A stretch of 64,000 bases of DNA from an uncultured Smithella sp. (GCA_964450075.1 CAYVFA010000001.1:11893-75892), one strand, 5' to 3'; positions 17,627 through 28,056 are shown, counted from the first letter of the stretch. Notes: generated by a model from the sequence alone, not told the origin. Numbers and translations are program-made.

Positions 17627-18451
17627 ATGTGGGAATACACGGATAAGGTCAAAGAGCATTTTCTTAACCCGCAAAATGTGGGCGAGATTGAAAATCCGGA
17701 TGGCGTGGCCGAAGTCGGATCGCTCGCTTGCGGTGATGCGCTGAAACTCACCTTTAAACTTGATGAAAACAAGCGCATCAAGGACGCCAAATTCAAAACA
17801 TTCGGTTGCGCCAGCGCGATTGCGTCGTCTTCGGCTCTGACCGAAATCATCAAGGGAATGACCGTTGACGAAGCGCTTAAAGTCAGCAATCAGGATATTG
17901 CCCAGTATCTGGGCGGTCTGCCCGATGAAAAAATGCATTGTTCCGTCATGGGTAAGCAGGCGCTGGAGAAGGCCGTGGAAAATTATCGGGGCGCGCCTTC
18001 GCTTGCAGCAGGTGAAAAAATTATTTGTGAATGCTTCGGTGTAACGGATAAAGAAATCGAAAGGGCTATTCGGGAAAATAATCTGACAACCGTGGAAGAT
18101 GTCACCAATTATACCAAGGCCGGCGGAGGCTGCGGGGGGTGTCAGGACGCCATTGCCCAGATTCTCGAACAGGTGAAGGCCGAGCCGAAAGCGGAAGCCA
18201 AACCCAAGCTCACCAATATTCAGAAAATCAGATTAATCGAAGAAACGATTGAGCGGGAAATCAGGCCCTCTCTGAAGCAGGATGGCGGGGATATCGAGAT
18301 CATAGACATCATCGGAAATCGAGTCATTGTGGCCATGCGCGGCGCTTGTGCCAGTTGCAAGGCGTCGAATATCACGCTGAAAGATTTTGTCGAACACCGC
18401 CTGAAAGAACTTGTTTCGCCGGACATCGTGGTTGAGGAGGAATCCAAATGA
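17627..18451 (+). CDS. nifU: Fe-S cluster assembly scaffold NifU (IscU-like N-domain, BFD-like 2Fe-2S domain, NifU C-domain)
   Basis: MWEYTDKVKEHFLNPQNVG..GSLACGDALKL..FKTFGCASAIASS. The central part is CECFGVTDKEIE...GGGCGGCQ. The C-terminal part is MRGACASCKAS. Confidence 0.92.
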   Translation: MWEYTDKVKEHFLNPQNVGEIENPDGVAEVGSLACGDALKLTFKLDENKRIKDAKFKTFGCASAIASSSALTEIIKGMTVDEALKVSNQDIAQYLGGLPDEKMHCSVMGKQALEKAVENYRGAPSLAAGEKIICECFGVTDKEIERAIRENNLTTVEDVTNYTKAGGGCGGCQDAIAQILEQVKAEPKAEAKPKLTNIQKIRLIEETIEREIRPSLKQDGGDIEIIDIIGNRVIVAMRGACASCKASNITLKDFVEHRLKELVSPDIVVEEESK

Positions 18452-19629
18452 AAACCATTTATCTCGACAACAATGCCACAACGCAAGTGGCCCCGGAAGT
18501 GCTGGAAGCTATGATGCCTTATTTTCGCGATCTGTACGGCAATCCTTCCAGCATGCATACATTCGGGGGGCAAGTTGGCCAGAAAATTCGTGTTGCGCGT
18601 GAGCAGGTGGCCGCGCTTCTGGGCGCAATGCCTGAAGAAATTGTCTTTACCAGTTGCGGAACGGAAAGCGACAACTCCGCAATTCGATCCGCCTTGGTCA
18701 CCAGACCTGATAAAAAGCATATTGTCATCAGCCGTGTGGAGCATCCTGCCGTCCGCACCCTTTGTGCGCAATTAAATACCGAGGGGTATCGGATCACAGA
18801 GTTGCCCGTTGATAAAAACGGCATTCTCGATCTGGAAAATCTGGAAAAAAGTCTGACGCCCGATACGGCTATTGTCAGCCTGATGTGGGGCAACAATGAA
18901 ACCGGTGTTATTTTTCCGGTGGAGGAAGCAGCAAGGCTGGCGCACGAAAAGGGTATTCTCTTTCATACCGACGCGGTTCAGAGCACCGGTAAAATTCCGA
19001 TCAATTTGAAAAAAAATGTTATTGATATGCTCTCCGTTTCCGGACACAAGCTGCATGCGCCGAAAGGAATCGGTGTTCTCTATATCCGGCGCGGCACCAA
19101 GTATTCACCCCTTCTAATCGGCGGACATCAGGAAAAGGGGCGGCGCGGCGGCACCGAAAATACACCGAGCATCATCGGATTTGGAATGGCCTGCGAACTG
19201 GCGGCCAAAAATCTGGAAAAAGAAAATACGGATGTCCGAAGGCTGAGGGATAAACTGGAAAATGAGCTTTTAAAGAAGATTCCCAAAAGTCGTGTTAACG
19301 GAGACATTACCCATCGTCTGCCCAATACCACCAACATCAGCTTTGAATATGTGGAAGGAGAGGCGATCCTGCTTCTGATGAATGAGTTGGGCATTTGCGC
19401 TTCGTCCGGGTCCGCCTGCACATCCGGATCTTTGCAGCCGTCACACGTTCTGCGGGCCATGGGTGTTCCGTTCACGATGGCGCACGGTTCGATTCGTTTC
19501 AGCTTGAGTGTGAATAACACGGAAGAGGAAGTTGATTTTGTTATTGAAAAAATGCCGGCGATTATTGACCGGTTGCGCGACATGTCTCCCTTCTGGAATA
19601 CCGCAGAGCACGCCTGCAAGGCGCAGTGA
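18448..19629 (+). CDS. nifS: Cysteine desulfurase NifS
   Basis: IYLDNNATT, SGHKLHAPKGIG (PLP lysine) and SSGSACTSG (active-site Cys). There is a 4-nt ATGA overlap with nifU. Confidence 0.92.
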   Translation: MKTIYLDNNATTQVAPEVLEAMMPYFRDLYGNPSSMHTFGGQVGQKIRVAREQVAALLGAMPEEIVFTSCGTESDNSAIRSALVTRPDKKHIVISRVEHPAVRTLCAQLNTEGYRITELPVDKNGILDLENLEKSLTPDTAIVSLMWGNNETGVIFPVEEAARLAHEKGILFHTDAVQSTGKIPINLKKNVIDMLSVSGHKLHAPKGIGVLYIRRGTKYSPLLIGGHQEKGRRGGTENTPSIIGFGMACELAAKNLEKENTDVRRLRDKLENELLKKIPKSRVNGDITHRLPNTTNISFEYVEGEAILLLMNELGICASSGSACTSGSLQPSHVLRAMGVPFTMAHGSIRFSLSVNNTEEEVDFVIEKMPAIIDRLRDMSPFWNTAEHACKAQ

Positions 19630-19631
19630 GT

Positions 19632-19673
19632 GGTGGATGGTAGATGGTAGATAGTGGATAGTGGATAGTGAAT
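19632..19673. repeat. Heptanucleotide tandem repeat, six units RGTRGAT (GGTGGAT GGTAGAT GGTAGAT AGTGGAT AGTGGAT AGTGAAT)
   Basis: Read directly. It starts 3 nt after the nifS stop, and degenerate units continue to ~19690. It has the same consensus as 634-654. Confidence 0.7.
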
Positions 19674-19695
19674 GGGATAAGGATAGTGTGATGAG

Positions 19696-20682
19696 ATGAA
19701 ACGTGCAACCAACGGCGATAAATGTAAAAATGAAATCAAATCGGCAAAAAATTATCGTAATGAAGTCCCCGCGATTGTTGATGAGCTTGTCTCCTCATGC
19801 AGCAAGGGGGGATGCTTTGATCATGTCAGCGCCGAACCGATTCCGCATCGGGAAGCGATCATTGATATTCTGCGACGTCTGGCGTTGATTCTATATCCGG
19901 GATATTTTGTGCGCACCCGGCTGGATTCCACCAATCTGGAATATTATCTGGGTCAGCAGACGACTGCTCTTTACGAAATACTTTCCGAACAGGTTGTTCT
20001 GGCTATCCGTCACGATTGTATTCGTCAAAACCAGTCCTGTGTGCATTGCGAACCGTTGGGACATCAACTGACTGTCGAATTTCTCCGGCAACTGACACCA
20101 TTGCGCACGATGCTGGCCAAGGATATCCGTGCCGCCTTTGACGGTGATCCGGCGGCCAAAGGTTATGATGAAATCATATTCAGCTATCCGGGAATCTGGG
20201 CGATCATGGTTTATCGGATTGCCCATGAACTCTACCATCAAAATATTCCGCTCATCCCGCGGATCATGACGGAATACGCTCACAGCCGCACAGGCATTGA
20301 TATCCATCCGGGCGCTCATATCGGCGAGAGCTTTTTTATTGATCATGGCACAGGCGTTGTCATCGGCGAAACCTGCACGATCGGTAACCGCGTACGGATC
20401 TATCAGGGGGTTACGCTGGGTGCCCTGTCTTTATCGAAAGTGGACTGCAAGCGTTTGAGATCCAAAAAGCGCCACCCATCGATTGAAGATGACGTCATCA
20501 TTTATGCCAATGCCACTATTTTGGGCGGTGATACGGTTGTCGGCAAGCGTTCCGTGATCGGAGGAAACGTGTGGCTGACTCATTCTGTGGCGCCCGACAC
20601 GGAAGTGTTTATTAAAAAGCAGGATTTAATATTTGGTGAAAAGCAGTATAAAAAACAAGCATCTAAACAGAAATTGCGCTAA
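19696..20682 (+). CDS. cysE: Serine O-acetyltransferase (long form)
   Basis: [19 protein letters not shown]...[41 protein letters not shown] shows the hexapeptide repeats. Confidence 0.88.
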   Translation: MKRATNGDKCKNEIKSAKNYRNEVPAIVDELVSSCSKGGCFDHVSAEPIPHREAIIDILRRLALILYPGYFVRTRLDSTNLEYYLGQQTTALYEILSEQVVLAIRHDCIRQNQSCVHCEPLGHQLTVEFLRQLTPLRTMLAKDIRAAFDGDPAAKGYDEIIFSYPGIWAIMVYRIAHELYHQNIPLIPRIMTEYAHSRTGIDIHPGAHIGESFFIDHGTGVVIGETCTIGNRVRIYQGVTLGALSLSKVDCKRLRSKKRHPSIEDDVIIYANATILGGDTVVGKRSVIGGNVWLTHSVAPDTEVFIKKQDLIFGEKQYKKQASKQKLR

Positions 20683-20859
20683 ACAGCGAGGCTTCCGGAT
20701 GACAGAAGGGCCTGCCTCGGTTTGTTTTATTCCCGCCGTGAAGCGTTTGTGGCAGTGCAATATGATGAAAAATTTTTATAAAAAAGGTGGATTTTTTTTA
20801 AAATAAGATATATTTTCGCTGAACCGTTTTCCAAAATAAAACTTTTAAAGGGGTGTCCA

Positions 20860-21129
20860 ATGAACAGAGCAGAGTTGATCGAAGAAGTAGCAAAAGCAAC
20901 ATGCACAAAGAAAGAGGCTGATGCGGCGGTTAGTGCGACATTGGCGGCAATCCAGAAAGCACTCAAAAAAGGTGACAGCGTGACGTTGGTGGGTTTTGGA
21001 ACCTTCTCTGTGAGCAAGAGAAAGGCTCGCAAGGGCAGAAATCCCCAGACCGGCGAAGCCATTAAAATCGCTGCCAAGAAGGTTCCGGTATTCAAAGCCG
21101 GCAAGGGTTTGAAGGATGCAGTAAAGTAA
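20860..21129 (+). CDS. hup: DNA-binding protein HU
   Basis: [12 protein letters not shown]...[48 protein letters not shown]. Confidence 0.95.
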   Translation: MNRAELIEEVAKATCTKKEADAAVSATLAAIQKALKKGDSVTLVGFGTFSVSKRKARKGRNPQTGEAIKIAAKKVPVFKAGKGLKDAVK

Positions 21130-21152
21130 ATTTATATTTGTTATCATTCATT

Positions 21153-21191
21153 AAAAAAGCCGTCTCATTTTGAATGAGACGGCTTTTTTTT
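21153..21191. terminator. Bidirectional Rho-independent terminator
   Basis: AAAAAA-GCCGTCTCATT-ttg-AATGAGACGGC-TTTTTTTT. The 11-bp stem is flanked by an A-run and a T-run, between convergent hup and the acyl-CoA ligase gene. Confidence 0.85.
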
Positions 21192-21212
21192 AGCTTTTTT
21201 GGCAGGAGTTTC

Positions 21213-23027
21213 TTACTTCGATTTGTAAAGCGCTTCGATTTTATCCATGTAGTTATCCATAACAATTTTGCGCTTGAGTTTCATGGTCTGAGTCAGCATG
21301 CCATTGTCCAGACTGAAAGGCTCGGAAAGAAATAAAAACTTTTTCGGGATTTCGTAACTGCCGAACTTACCCTTCAGATGGTTGGTAATTTCCCCGCTGA
21401 TCATGTCGGTGACATCCTGACGTGCCAGCAGGGTTGGAATATCGGTCGGCAGTCCTTTTCCCTTGGCGTAGTTTTTCAAGACGTCAAAATCCGGCACGAT
21501 AAGACAAATATTGTAAGGCCGGTTGAGACCGTAAATCACCGCTTGCTGAACAAATGACACCAGGCAGATGGTTTCTTCCAGGGAAACCGGGAAACAGAAT
21601 TTGCCATTTTCCAGTTTATACTGTTCCTTGATGCGGCCGGTAATGAAGAGGTATCCGTCTTTATCCAGCCTCCCGCGGTCGCCGGTGCGGAAACCACCAT
21701 CCGGCGTCATGGTAGCCTGTGTGTCTTCGGGCCGGTTGTGGTAACCTTTCATGACATTGGGACCGTAAATAATAATTTCGCCGTCGGTTGCGCCTGGCTC
21801 CACAACAGAGGAGTCGATGACGATTTTGACTTTGTCAATGGCTCTGCCGACGCTGCCCAGACGGTAGCCCCAGGAGGCATTCATCGTGGCGGCCGGCGAC
21901 GTTTCAGTCAGCCCGTAACAATCGTAAACGGGAATGCCGACATCAAAGAAAAACTGCCCGATTTGAGGGTTCATGGCCGCGCTGCCCGTCATCGCACCCA
22001 GTACTCTTCCACCCAGACGCTCCCGGATTTTTGAAAAAACAATTTTATCCGCCAGTTTGAGTTTTAGATTGGTTATGAAATCGGACTGGCCACTGGCTGC
22101 CAGCTCCCTCTTTTTCTTGGCCGCCTCGACACCCATCACAAAAAGGGCTTTGGCCAATCCTCCTTCTTTATTCATTTTAGCCCACAGGCCGTCGTATATC
22201 CGGTTAAAAACGCGGGGGACGGCGACGAGAAAGGTGGGCTTGACCTTAACAATGTCATCAACGATGGTGGTCGGACTTTCCGCAAGCCCGAAAGAACCGC
22301 CGAGGCGGATAATGGCAAATAACTCGCCGCTCTGGCCGAAAACATGGGCCCAGGGTAAAATGGCCAGCGTCACGCTGTCGATTCCATCGTTTTTCTGAAG
22401 TTCGGGGTACATCTTGAGGCCGGAAGATGAATTGTGGGTAAAATTGCCGTGAGACAGCAAAACGCCCTTGGGGTTGCCGGTTGTGCCGGATGTATAGATG
22501 AGTTCGGCGATATCATCGGGTTTTGGACTCTGGGGCGGGACAGGCTTTGCCGATCCTGTTTTTTCAAGGGCAGCCATCGAATGATCGCCTTCTGCATCAA
22601 TGATGAAAATATGCTCGAGCGTGGGGATTTCTTTTGGAAAATCTTTTATTTTCTCATAGATTTCAGGTTTGGAAACCAACAGCACTTTGATCCGGCTGTC
22701 GGTGATAATATATTTCCATATTTTAACAAGTTCGGCTTCATACATCGGAACATACCGGGCGACGCGTCCCCACGAGGCAAAAGCGGCGACCACCCACTCC
22801 ACGCGGTTATTGGCGATGATGCCTACGACATCCCCTTCATTAACGCCAAGCTTTGCCAATCCCGCCCGGAGATTGTCAATGCGCGTGTTGACTTCTTGGC
22901 GTGTGACCCATTCATAAACACCGTCTTTATTCTTGGTGCCGATGAATCTTCTGTCGGGATATTTGTCGACACTTTCCTTCCACCAGTCAATCAGGTTATC
23001 CGGTTTGTCGAGTGTATAGGTATTCAT
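21213..23027 (-). CDS. Long-chain fatty acid-CoA ligase (AMP-forming)
   Basis: LIYTSGTTGNPKGVLLSHGN and TGDRGRLDKDGYLFITGRIKEQYKLENGKF. Confidence 0.9.
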   Translation of the reverse strand: MNTYTLDKPDNLIDWWKESVDKYPDRRFIGTKNKDGVYEWVTRQEVNTRIDNLRAGLAKLGVNEGDVVGIIANNRVEWVVAAFASWGRVARYVPMYEAELVKIWKYIITDSRIKVLLVSKPEIYEKIKDFPKEIPTLEHIFIIDAEGDHSMAALEKTGSAKPVPPQSPKPDDIAELIYTSGTTGNPKGVLLSHGNFTHNSSSGLKMYPELQKNDGIDSVTLAILPWAHVFGQSGELFAIIRLGGSFGLAESPTTIVDDIVKVKPTFLVAVPRVFNRIYDGLWAKMNKEGGLAKALFVMGVEAAKKKRELAASGQSDFITNLKLKLADKIVFSKIRERLGGRVLGAMTGSAAMNPQIGQFFFDVGIPVYDCYGLTETSPAATMNASWGYRLGSVGRAIDKVKIVIDSSVVEPGATDGEIIIYGPNVMKGYHNRPEDTQATMTPDGGFRTGDRGRLDKDGYLFITGRIKEQYKLENGKFCFPVSLEETICLVSFVQQAVIYGLNRPYNICLIVPDFDVLKNYAKGKGLPTDIPTLLARQDVTDMISGEITNHLKGKFGSYEIPKKFLFLSEPFSLDNGMLTQTMKLKRKIVMDNYMDKIEALYKSK

Positions 23028-23334
23028 AAAAATGTTCTCCTTCTTTTGCTTCCGTTTGGGAAGTTATTTGTATTTTGCTTATTCTCCTGAAAATGCGTTT
23101 GATGTTTGTCGCACATATTAGCATATATTCGCCGGCGAGTGATAATATGCTCTGCGATTATTGTCAAACCAAATTTGTTGATCGGTCATTCCCTGGTTTT
23201 ATTTATTCAGCGTTTATGATAGAAAAAGAACCGTCCAATGGTAGCTACTGAATATTTGTGGCAAAAATATCCATTAACCTGTCTGAGTGGAAGAAACAGT
23301 TGTATCGGACTCACCATCAAAGAAAGGAGTTTTT

Positions 23335-23958
23335 ATGAATCAACCCGAATTAACCGGGCAAGCATTAAGCATTTTGCGCTGCCCTGATAATTTTCAGTGG
23401 TATGTCATTACACTTCTGGCTCTGGTCATTTATGTTTACACCAATGAGATCAGCAAAAAAAACTGGAAAGGCGTTGCCGCCGGTCTTTCGCTTTATCTGG
23501 TGCACTGGTTTTTCGAAATCGGAAATGCCCTGATTCAGTATGGAAGCGGACACGCGCTTTGGACGGTGCCAACGGGCACTTCATTTTTGCTTTTGGTCGG
23601 TGTCGGCATTGAACTGAGTCTGATGTTTTCTGTTGCCGGTCTGGTCCTTTCCAAAATCCTCCCCGAAGATCCCAAAATAAAAATACTCGGTGTCAACAAT
23701 CGCATCTTCTTTGCGGTGGTTAATGCGGGCCTGTTTTCATTCATTGAAATCTTTCTGGCGAAAACACCGGCCTTTCACTGGGTTTACAACTGGTGGGGTG
23801 CGTTCCCGGTTTTTGTCACGGTTTACATTCCCTTCTTTGTGGTTTCGTTTTTCTGCTACGACTGGAAACCAAAAGTGCAATGCGCGTTCATCGGCGCCCT
23901 TTTTGTCGTGGATGCCCTCCTGTTGATTGTGTTTGCGGGCATTTTGAAATGGATATAA
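23335..23958 (+). CDS. Hypothetical polytopic membrane protein
   Basis: ATG 23335 follows AAGGAG. There are about 6 hydrophobic segments. No family recognised. Confidence 0.6.
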   Translation: MNQPELTGQALSILRCPDNFQWYVITLLALVIYVYTNEISKKNWKGVAAGLSLYLVHWFFEIGNALIQYGSGHALWTVPTGTSFLLLVGVGIELSLMFSVAGLVLSKILPEDPKIKILGVNNRIFFAVVNAGLFSFIEIFLAKTPAFHWVYNWWGAFPVFVTVYIPFFVVSFFCYDWKPKVQCAFIGALFVVDALLLIVFAGILKWI

Positions 23959-24074
23959 AAAAACTTGCCGAATCGCAAAAAGTACTCAGCGATGTCGTTG
24001 CCAAATTACTGAAATGAGTAAACTCAGTGAAAGTGGCATAAAAACAGGCAGAAATTTATTTTAGGGAAATCAAT

Positions 24075-24617
24075 ATGGTAAGAGATAAAAAGAAATCATT
24101 TGGGCAAAGCGTCAAAGCGTATCGGGAAGGTAAAAAACTGAGCATCAAAGAGCTGGCGCATGAAACCGGATATCCCGCCGACCTTCTGCAAAAAGTTGAA
24201 AACGATGAAACCACGCCTCCGGTAGCGCTGGTGTTGCAATTAAGCCGGACCCTGAAGGTTGACGTGGCAACCCTGGATCAAAACGAAAACAAAAAAGCGT
24301 CATCCCGGGTCAAAAGCCAGAAGCGGCGCGCGGGATCTTATGCCTATAAACAACTGACCCAGTCAGGCGCCGATAAGCATCTTGGCGGATACCTTGTGAC
24401 CATTGAGCCTGATACGGTTCACGAAGGTGTTGAATATCACCATGAAGGTGAAGAATTCATTTATGTATTAAAAGGGCGTCTTTCGATCTCCGTTGGCAAA
24501 AATACCAGCCTTCTGGAGCGGGGCGAATGCATCCATTTTAATTCGGCTCTGCATCACGCATTGAGTAATCCTTCCGACGAAAAAACAGAACTGCTGGTAG
24601 TTCTGTATATCCCTTAA
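24075..24617 (+). CDS. XRE-family HTH transcriptional regulator with C-terminal cupin domain
   Basis: N-terminal HTH (VKAYREGKKLSIKELAHETGYPADLLQKVEND). The C-terminal cupin is HEGEEFIYVLKGRLSISVG...HFNSALHHAL. Confidence 0.8.
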   Translation: MVRDKKKSFGQSVKAYREGKKLSIKELAHETGYPADLLQKVENDETTPPVALVLQLSRTLKVDVATLDQNENKKASSRVKSQKRRAGSYAYKQLTQSGADKHLGGYLVTIEPDTVHEGVEYHHEGEEFIYVLKGRLSISVGKNTSLLERGECIHFNSALHHALSNPSDEKTELLVVLYIP

Positions 24618-24628
24618 GAGTGGCGACT

Positions 24629-25768
24629 ATGGCATTTGAACTTACAAGCGAGCAGGAAATGATCAGGCTGATGGCAAGAGACTTTGCCAAAAAGGAACTG
24701 GAACCGAAGGCGGCCGAGTGGGACAGGCAAGGCCTGTTTCCGATGGATGCGATAAAAAAGATGGGCGGGCTGGGCCTGTTGGGTATGATGGTGCCGCCTG
24801 CGCTGGGCGGTTCAGGCGCCGGCGCGGTGGCGTATTCCCTGGCGCTGCAGGAGATCGCCTACGCGTGTGCTTCAAGCGCGGTCACCATGTCGGTTGCTAA
24901 TTTGTCCACGGAACCTCTTTTGAAATTCGGCAGCAGTCAGCAGAAAGATAAATGGTTGGCGGGCCTTGCTGAAGGTTCGCTTCTGGGTGCTTTTGCGCTG
25001 ACCGAACCGAATGCCGGCTCTGATCCCGGATCGATGACGACGACAGCCGTTTTGAAAAAAGACAAATATATCATCAACGGAACAAAGGTATTTATTACCC
25101 ACGGACAGTATGCCGATATCATCAATCTGATTGCCAGAACCGGTCAAGAGAAGGGAACAAAAGGACTTTCCGCTTTTATCATCGAAAAAGGCACCCCCGG
25201 TTTTAAAATCGGCACAAAAGAGGAAAAACTCGGGCTGAGGGCATCCAACACGGTGGAACTGGTCTTTGAAGACTGTGAAATTCCCGCGACAAACTTGCTG
25301 GGAAACCCCGGTGAAGGGTTCAAAGTGGCCATGGGTGCGCTGGACAGCGGAAGAATAGGCATTGCCTCCCAGGCGACCGGTATTGCAAGAGCTTGTCTGG
25401 ATGAGGCTGTTTCCTACACCAAGCAAAGGCGTCAGTTTGGAAAAACCATCAGCTCGTTTGAAGCCATCCAGTTTATGATCGCGGATGCCGCAACAAAAAT
25501 CGAAGCCGCCTCATGGCTGATGCTGGCTGCGGCGGACCGCAAGGACAGAGGGTTGAAGTTTACCAGGGAAGCCTCCATGGCCAAATTGTTCGCTTCGGAA
25601 ACAGCCAATTCGAGCGCCTATATGGCGCTTCAGGTTCATGGCGGTTACGGCTATACGAAAGACTACAAGGTTGAACGTTTATACCGGGACGCCCGCGCCA
25701 CGACCATCTACGAAGGCACATCGGAAATTCAACGGATCGTCATTGCCAGAGAGGTTATCAAGGAATAA
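24629..25768 (+). CDS. Acyl-CoA dehydrogenase (short/butyryl-CoA dehydrogenase-like)
   Basis: FALTEPNAGSDPGSM, QVHGGYGYTKDYKVERLYRDARATTIYEGTSEIQR. The start could instead be the GTG at 24620. Confidence 0.9.
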   Translation: MAFELTSEQEMIRLMARDFAKKELEPKAAEWDRQGLFPMDAIKKMGGLGLLGMMVPPALGGSGAGAVAYSLALQEIAYACASSAVTMSVANLSTEPLLKFGSSQQKDKWLAGLAEGSLLGAFALTEPNAGSDPGSMTTTAVLKKDKYIINGTKVFITHGQYADIINLIARTGQEKGTKGLSAFIIEKGTPGFKIGTKEEKLGLRASNTVELVFEDCEIPATNLLGNPGEGFKVAMGALDSGRIGIASQATGIARACLDEAVSYTKQRRQFGKTISSFEAIQFMIADAATKIEAASWLMLAAADRKDRGLKFTREASMAKLFASETANSSAYMALQVHGGYGYTKDYKVERLYRDARATTIYEGTSEIQRIVIAREVIKE

Positions 25769-25789
25769 CGAACTGCTATATTTTTATCG

Positions 25790-26932
25790 TCACCGTGTCT
25801 GTAGCGCTCGTCCGATAGTCATGATTTCGGCTTCCTTGGTTCCTTCATAAAGTTCCAGTATTTTCGCGTCCCGATACCATTTCTGCACGGGATATTCCTC
25901 AATATAACCGTAGCCGCCATGAAGCTCAACGGCGTAATTGGCGCAAAAGACGGCGGTTTGTCCGCCGTAAAATTTAGCCATGGCGGCCAGCGTATAATCC
26001 GGTTTTTTCTGATCGATCAGCCAGGCCGCTTTATAAACCAGACCGCGCAGCGCTTCAATACGGATTGCCATTTCGGTGAGTTTCATCTGCGTCATTTGAT
26101 AAGATCCCAGCGGTGCTCCGAAGGCGGTTCTTTCTTTGACGTATTTAATGCTGGTTTCCAGACAAGCTTCCGAAAGCCCCAGAGCCTGACCGGAAACCAT
26201 GACGCGGGTGATATCAAAAAAGTGCATCAGTTGGCGAAAGCCGTGTCCTTCTTTCCCTACCAGATTGGATTGGGGAACCCGCACGTCTTCCAGAGCGATT
26301 TCCGCCGTATCGCTGGCACGGATGCCCATTTTCCCGTGAATTTTATTGCGTGTCACACCTTGGGCATCGGCCGGTATAATAATCAGGCTGAAGCTGTTAT
26401 GCTTTTTTTCTTCCGGGTTGGTGATGCATTGCGTCACCATAAAGTCGCAAACCGTGCCGTTGGTGATGAACATTTTGTTGCCGTTAATGACATAATCATT
26501 GCCGTCTTTAACCGCACGTGTTTTGTAGCCAGAAACATCCGTTCCGGCATTGGGTTCGGTATAAGCGCCGGCGCAGACTTTCACGCCTTCGCAGATGGGT
26601 GGCAGATAAGTTTTCTTCTGCGCTTCCGTTCCGTAGTTGAGGATCGATTCGCAACCGAAGCCCGAAGCAACGATGTTCAATCCGATGCCCATATCAATTT
26701 TTGATATTTCTTCCGTGATGATGGTATTGCCCAAAATTCCGGCACCCGATCCACCGTATTCCTCAGGGATCCACGCACCGACCAGACCATTTTGGGCCGC
26801 TTTGATTCTGATTTCCGGCAGGTATTTTTCATGTTCATCCGATTCCTGTGACACTGGCTTTACCTCCGCCACAGCAAATTTATAGGCCATTTCCTTCAAC
26901 ATCTTCATTTCTTCGGTAAGTTCATAATTCAT
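25790..26932 (-). CDS. Acyl-CoA dehydrogenase
   Basis: MNYELTEEMKMLKEMAYKF..., AYTEPNAGTDVSG and HGGYGYIEEYPVQKWYRDAKILELYEGTKE. The upstream extension to 26974 is less likely. Confidence 0.9.
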   Translation of the reverse strand: MNYELTEEMKMLKEMAYKFAVAEVKPVSQESDEHEKYLPEIRIKAAQNGLVGAWIPEEYGGSGAGILGNTIITEEISKIDMGIGLNIVASGFGCESILNYGTEAQKKTYLPPICEGVKVCAGAYTEPNAGTDVSGYKTRAVKDGNDYVINGNKMFITNGTVCDFMVTQCITNPEEKKHNSFSLIIIPADAQGVTRNKIHGKMGIRASDTAEIALEDVRVPQSNLVGKEGHGFRQLMHFFDITRVMVSGQALGLSEACLETSIKYVKERTAFGAPLGSYQMTQMKLTEMAIRIEALRGLVYKAAWLIDQKKPDYTLAAMAKFYGGQTAVFCANYAVELHGGYGYIEEYPVQKWYRDAKILELYEGTKEAEIMTIGRALQTR

Positions 26933-26993
26933 ATCTGTGCCCCCCCTTTTATGATGTTTAGACTGCTGTGGCATTTTGGAAAGAAATAAATGA

Positions 26994-27848
26994 TTATTTG
27001 CTGTAATCGTAAAACCCTTTACCGGTTTTCCGTCCGAAATTTCCGGCGCGGACCAGTTTTCTCAAGATAGGCGCGGGACGGTACTTATCGCCCAGTTCAC
27101 GGTGCAATCCTTCGATGACACGCAGCAGCGTTTCATTGCCGACCAGATCAGCCAGCGCCAGCGGTCCGATTGGATGATTGCATCCCAGAACCATGCCTTT
27201 GTCAATATCCTCTGCCGAGGCCAGTCCTTCATCCAGAACAAAGAAAGCCTCATTGAGCATAGTGCAGAGAATTCTGTTGACGACGAATGCCGGTGCTTCT
27301 TTCACGGTAATCACATCTTTGCCGATTTTTTTACCCCATTCGACGGCAGCCGCGAGTGTTTCATCGGATGTTTGATGGCCTCGAATGATTTCCAGGAGTT
27401 TCATCACCGGAACGGGATTGAAAAAATGCGTGCCGACAAAGCGGTCCGGTCTGCCTGTTACGGCGGCCATTTCGGTAATACTCAGTCCCGACGTATTGGT
27501 GAAAAATAAACAATGTTTGGGGACAATGTCTTCGAGTTCGGCATAAACTTTTTTCTTGATGTCCATCAGTTCGATGACGACTTCAACCACAATGTCCGCT
27601 CCGGCTGCTGCATCCTTCAAACTCAGTGTCGGTTTGATGCGTCCCAGAACTGCATCCATATCTGCCTGCGCCATCTTTCCTTTTGCAACGTCACGGCCCA
27701 GATTCTTTTTGATGGTGTTCATCCCGCCATCTACAAATTTCTGTTCAATATCGCGTAATGCAACTTCGTAACCTGCCTGAGCACAAACCTGCGCAATGCC
27801 ATTGCCCATTAAACCGGCACCTAATACACACACCTTTTTAATTTCCAT
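26994..27848 (-). CDS. hbd: 3-hydroxybutyryl-CoA dehydrogenase
   Basis: [26 protein letters not shown] (Rossmann fold), [14 protein letters not shown] and GFYDY. Confidence 0.92.
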   Translation of the reverse strand: MEIKKVCVLGAGLMGNGIAQVCAQAGYEVALRDIEQKFVDGGMNTIKKNLGRDVAKGKMAQADMDAVLGRIKPTLSLKDAAAGADIVVEVVIELMDIKKKVYAELEDIVPKHCLFFTNTSGLSITEMAAVTGRPDRFVGTHFFNPVPVMKLLEIIRGHQTSDETLAAAVEWGKKIGKDVITVKEAPAFVVNRILCTMLNEAFFVLDEGLASAEDIDKGMVLGCNHPIGPLALADLVGNETLLRVIEGLHRELGDKYRPAPILRKLVRAGNFGRKTGKGFYDYSK

Positions 27849-28040
27849 GACAAATTCTCCTTGTTAATGTTGGATGAAAAATGATTTATAAAAAAACATC
27901 ACGGCCTTATCGATGAGGAAAAATAGCAGGATCGGAATGATGAAGTCAAGCAAAAACCGGCTGATGTAGAACCGTATTTGCCCGTTTTGAGCTAAAAGTT
28001 ATCTTGACAGCAATGAAATAAATAAGATTATGCGCAGCCA

Positions 28041-28056
28041 CAGAACGCCCGTTCTG
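28041..28056. promoter_or_regulatory. Perfect palindrome CAGAACG-CC-CGTTCTG in a divergent intergenic region (candidate operator)
   Basis: Read directly. It lies between the hbd/acd operon (-) and the PHP-GT cluster (+). Confidence 0.3.

Noticed and set aside
19630-19695. Possibility that the short tandem repeats represent a CRISPR array or a minisatellite-encoded peptide.
   Set aside because: The units are 7 nt with no spacers, so this is not CRISPR architecture. No CRISPR-like repeat-spacer pattern was seen anywhere in the window.
24041-24057. Sigma-54-like TGGCAT-AAAAA-CAGGCA upstream of the XRE-cupin regulator gene.
   Set aside because: The GG-to-GC spacing is one nucleotide too long and the -12 element is not TTGC.
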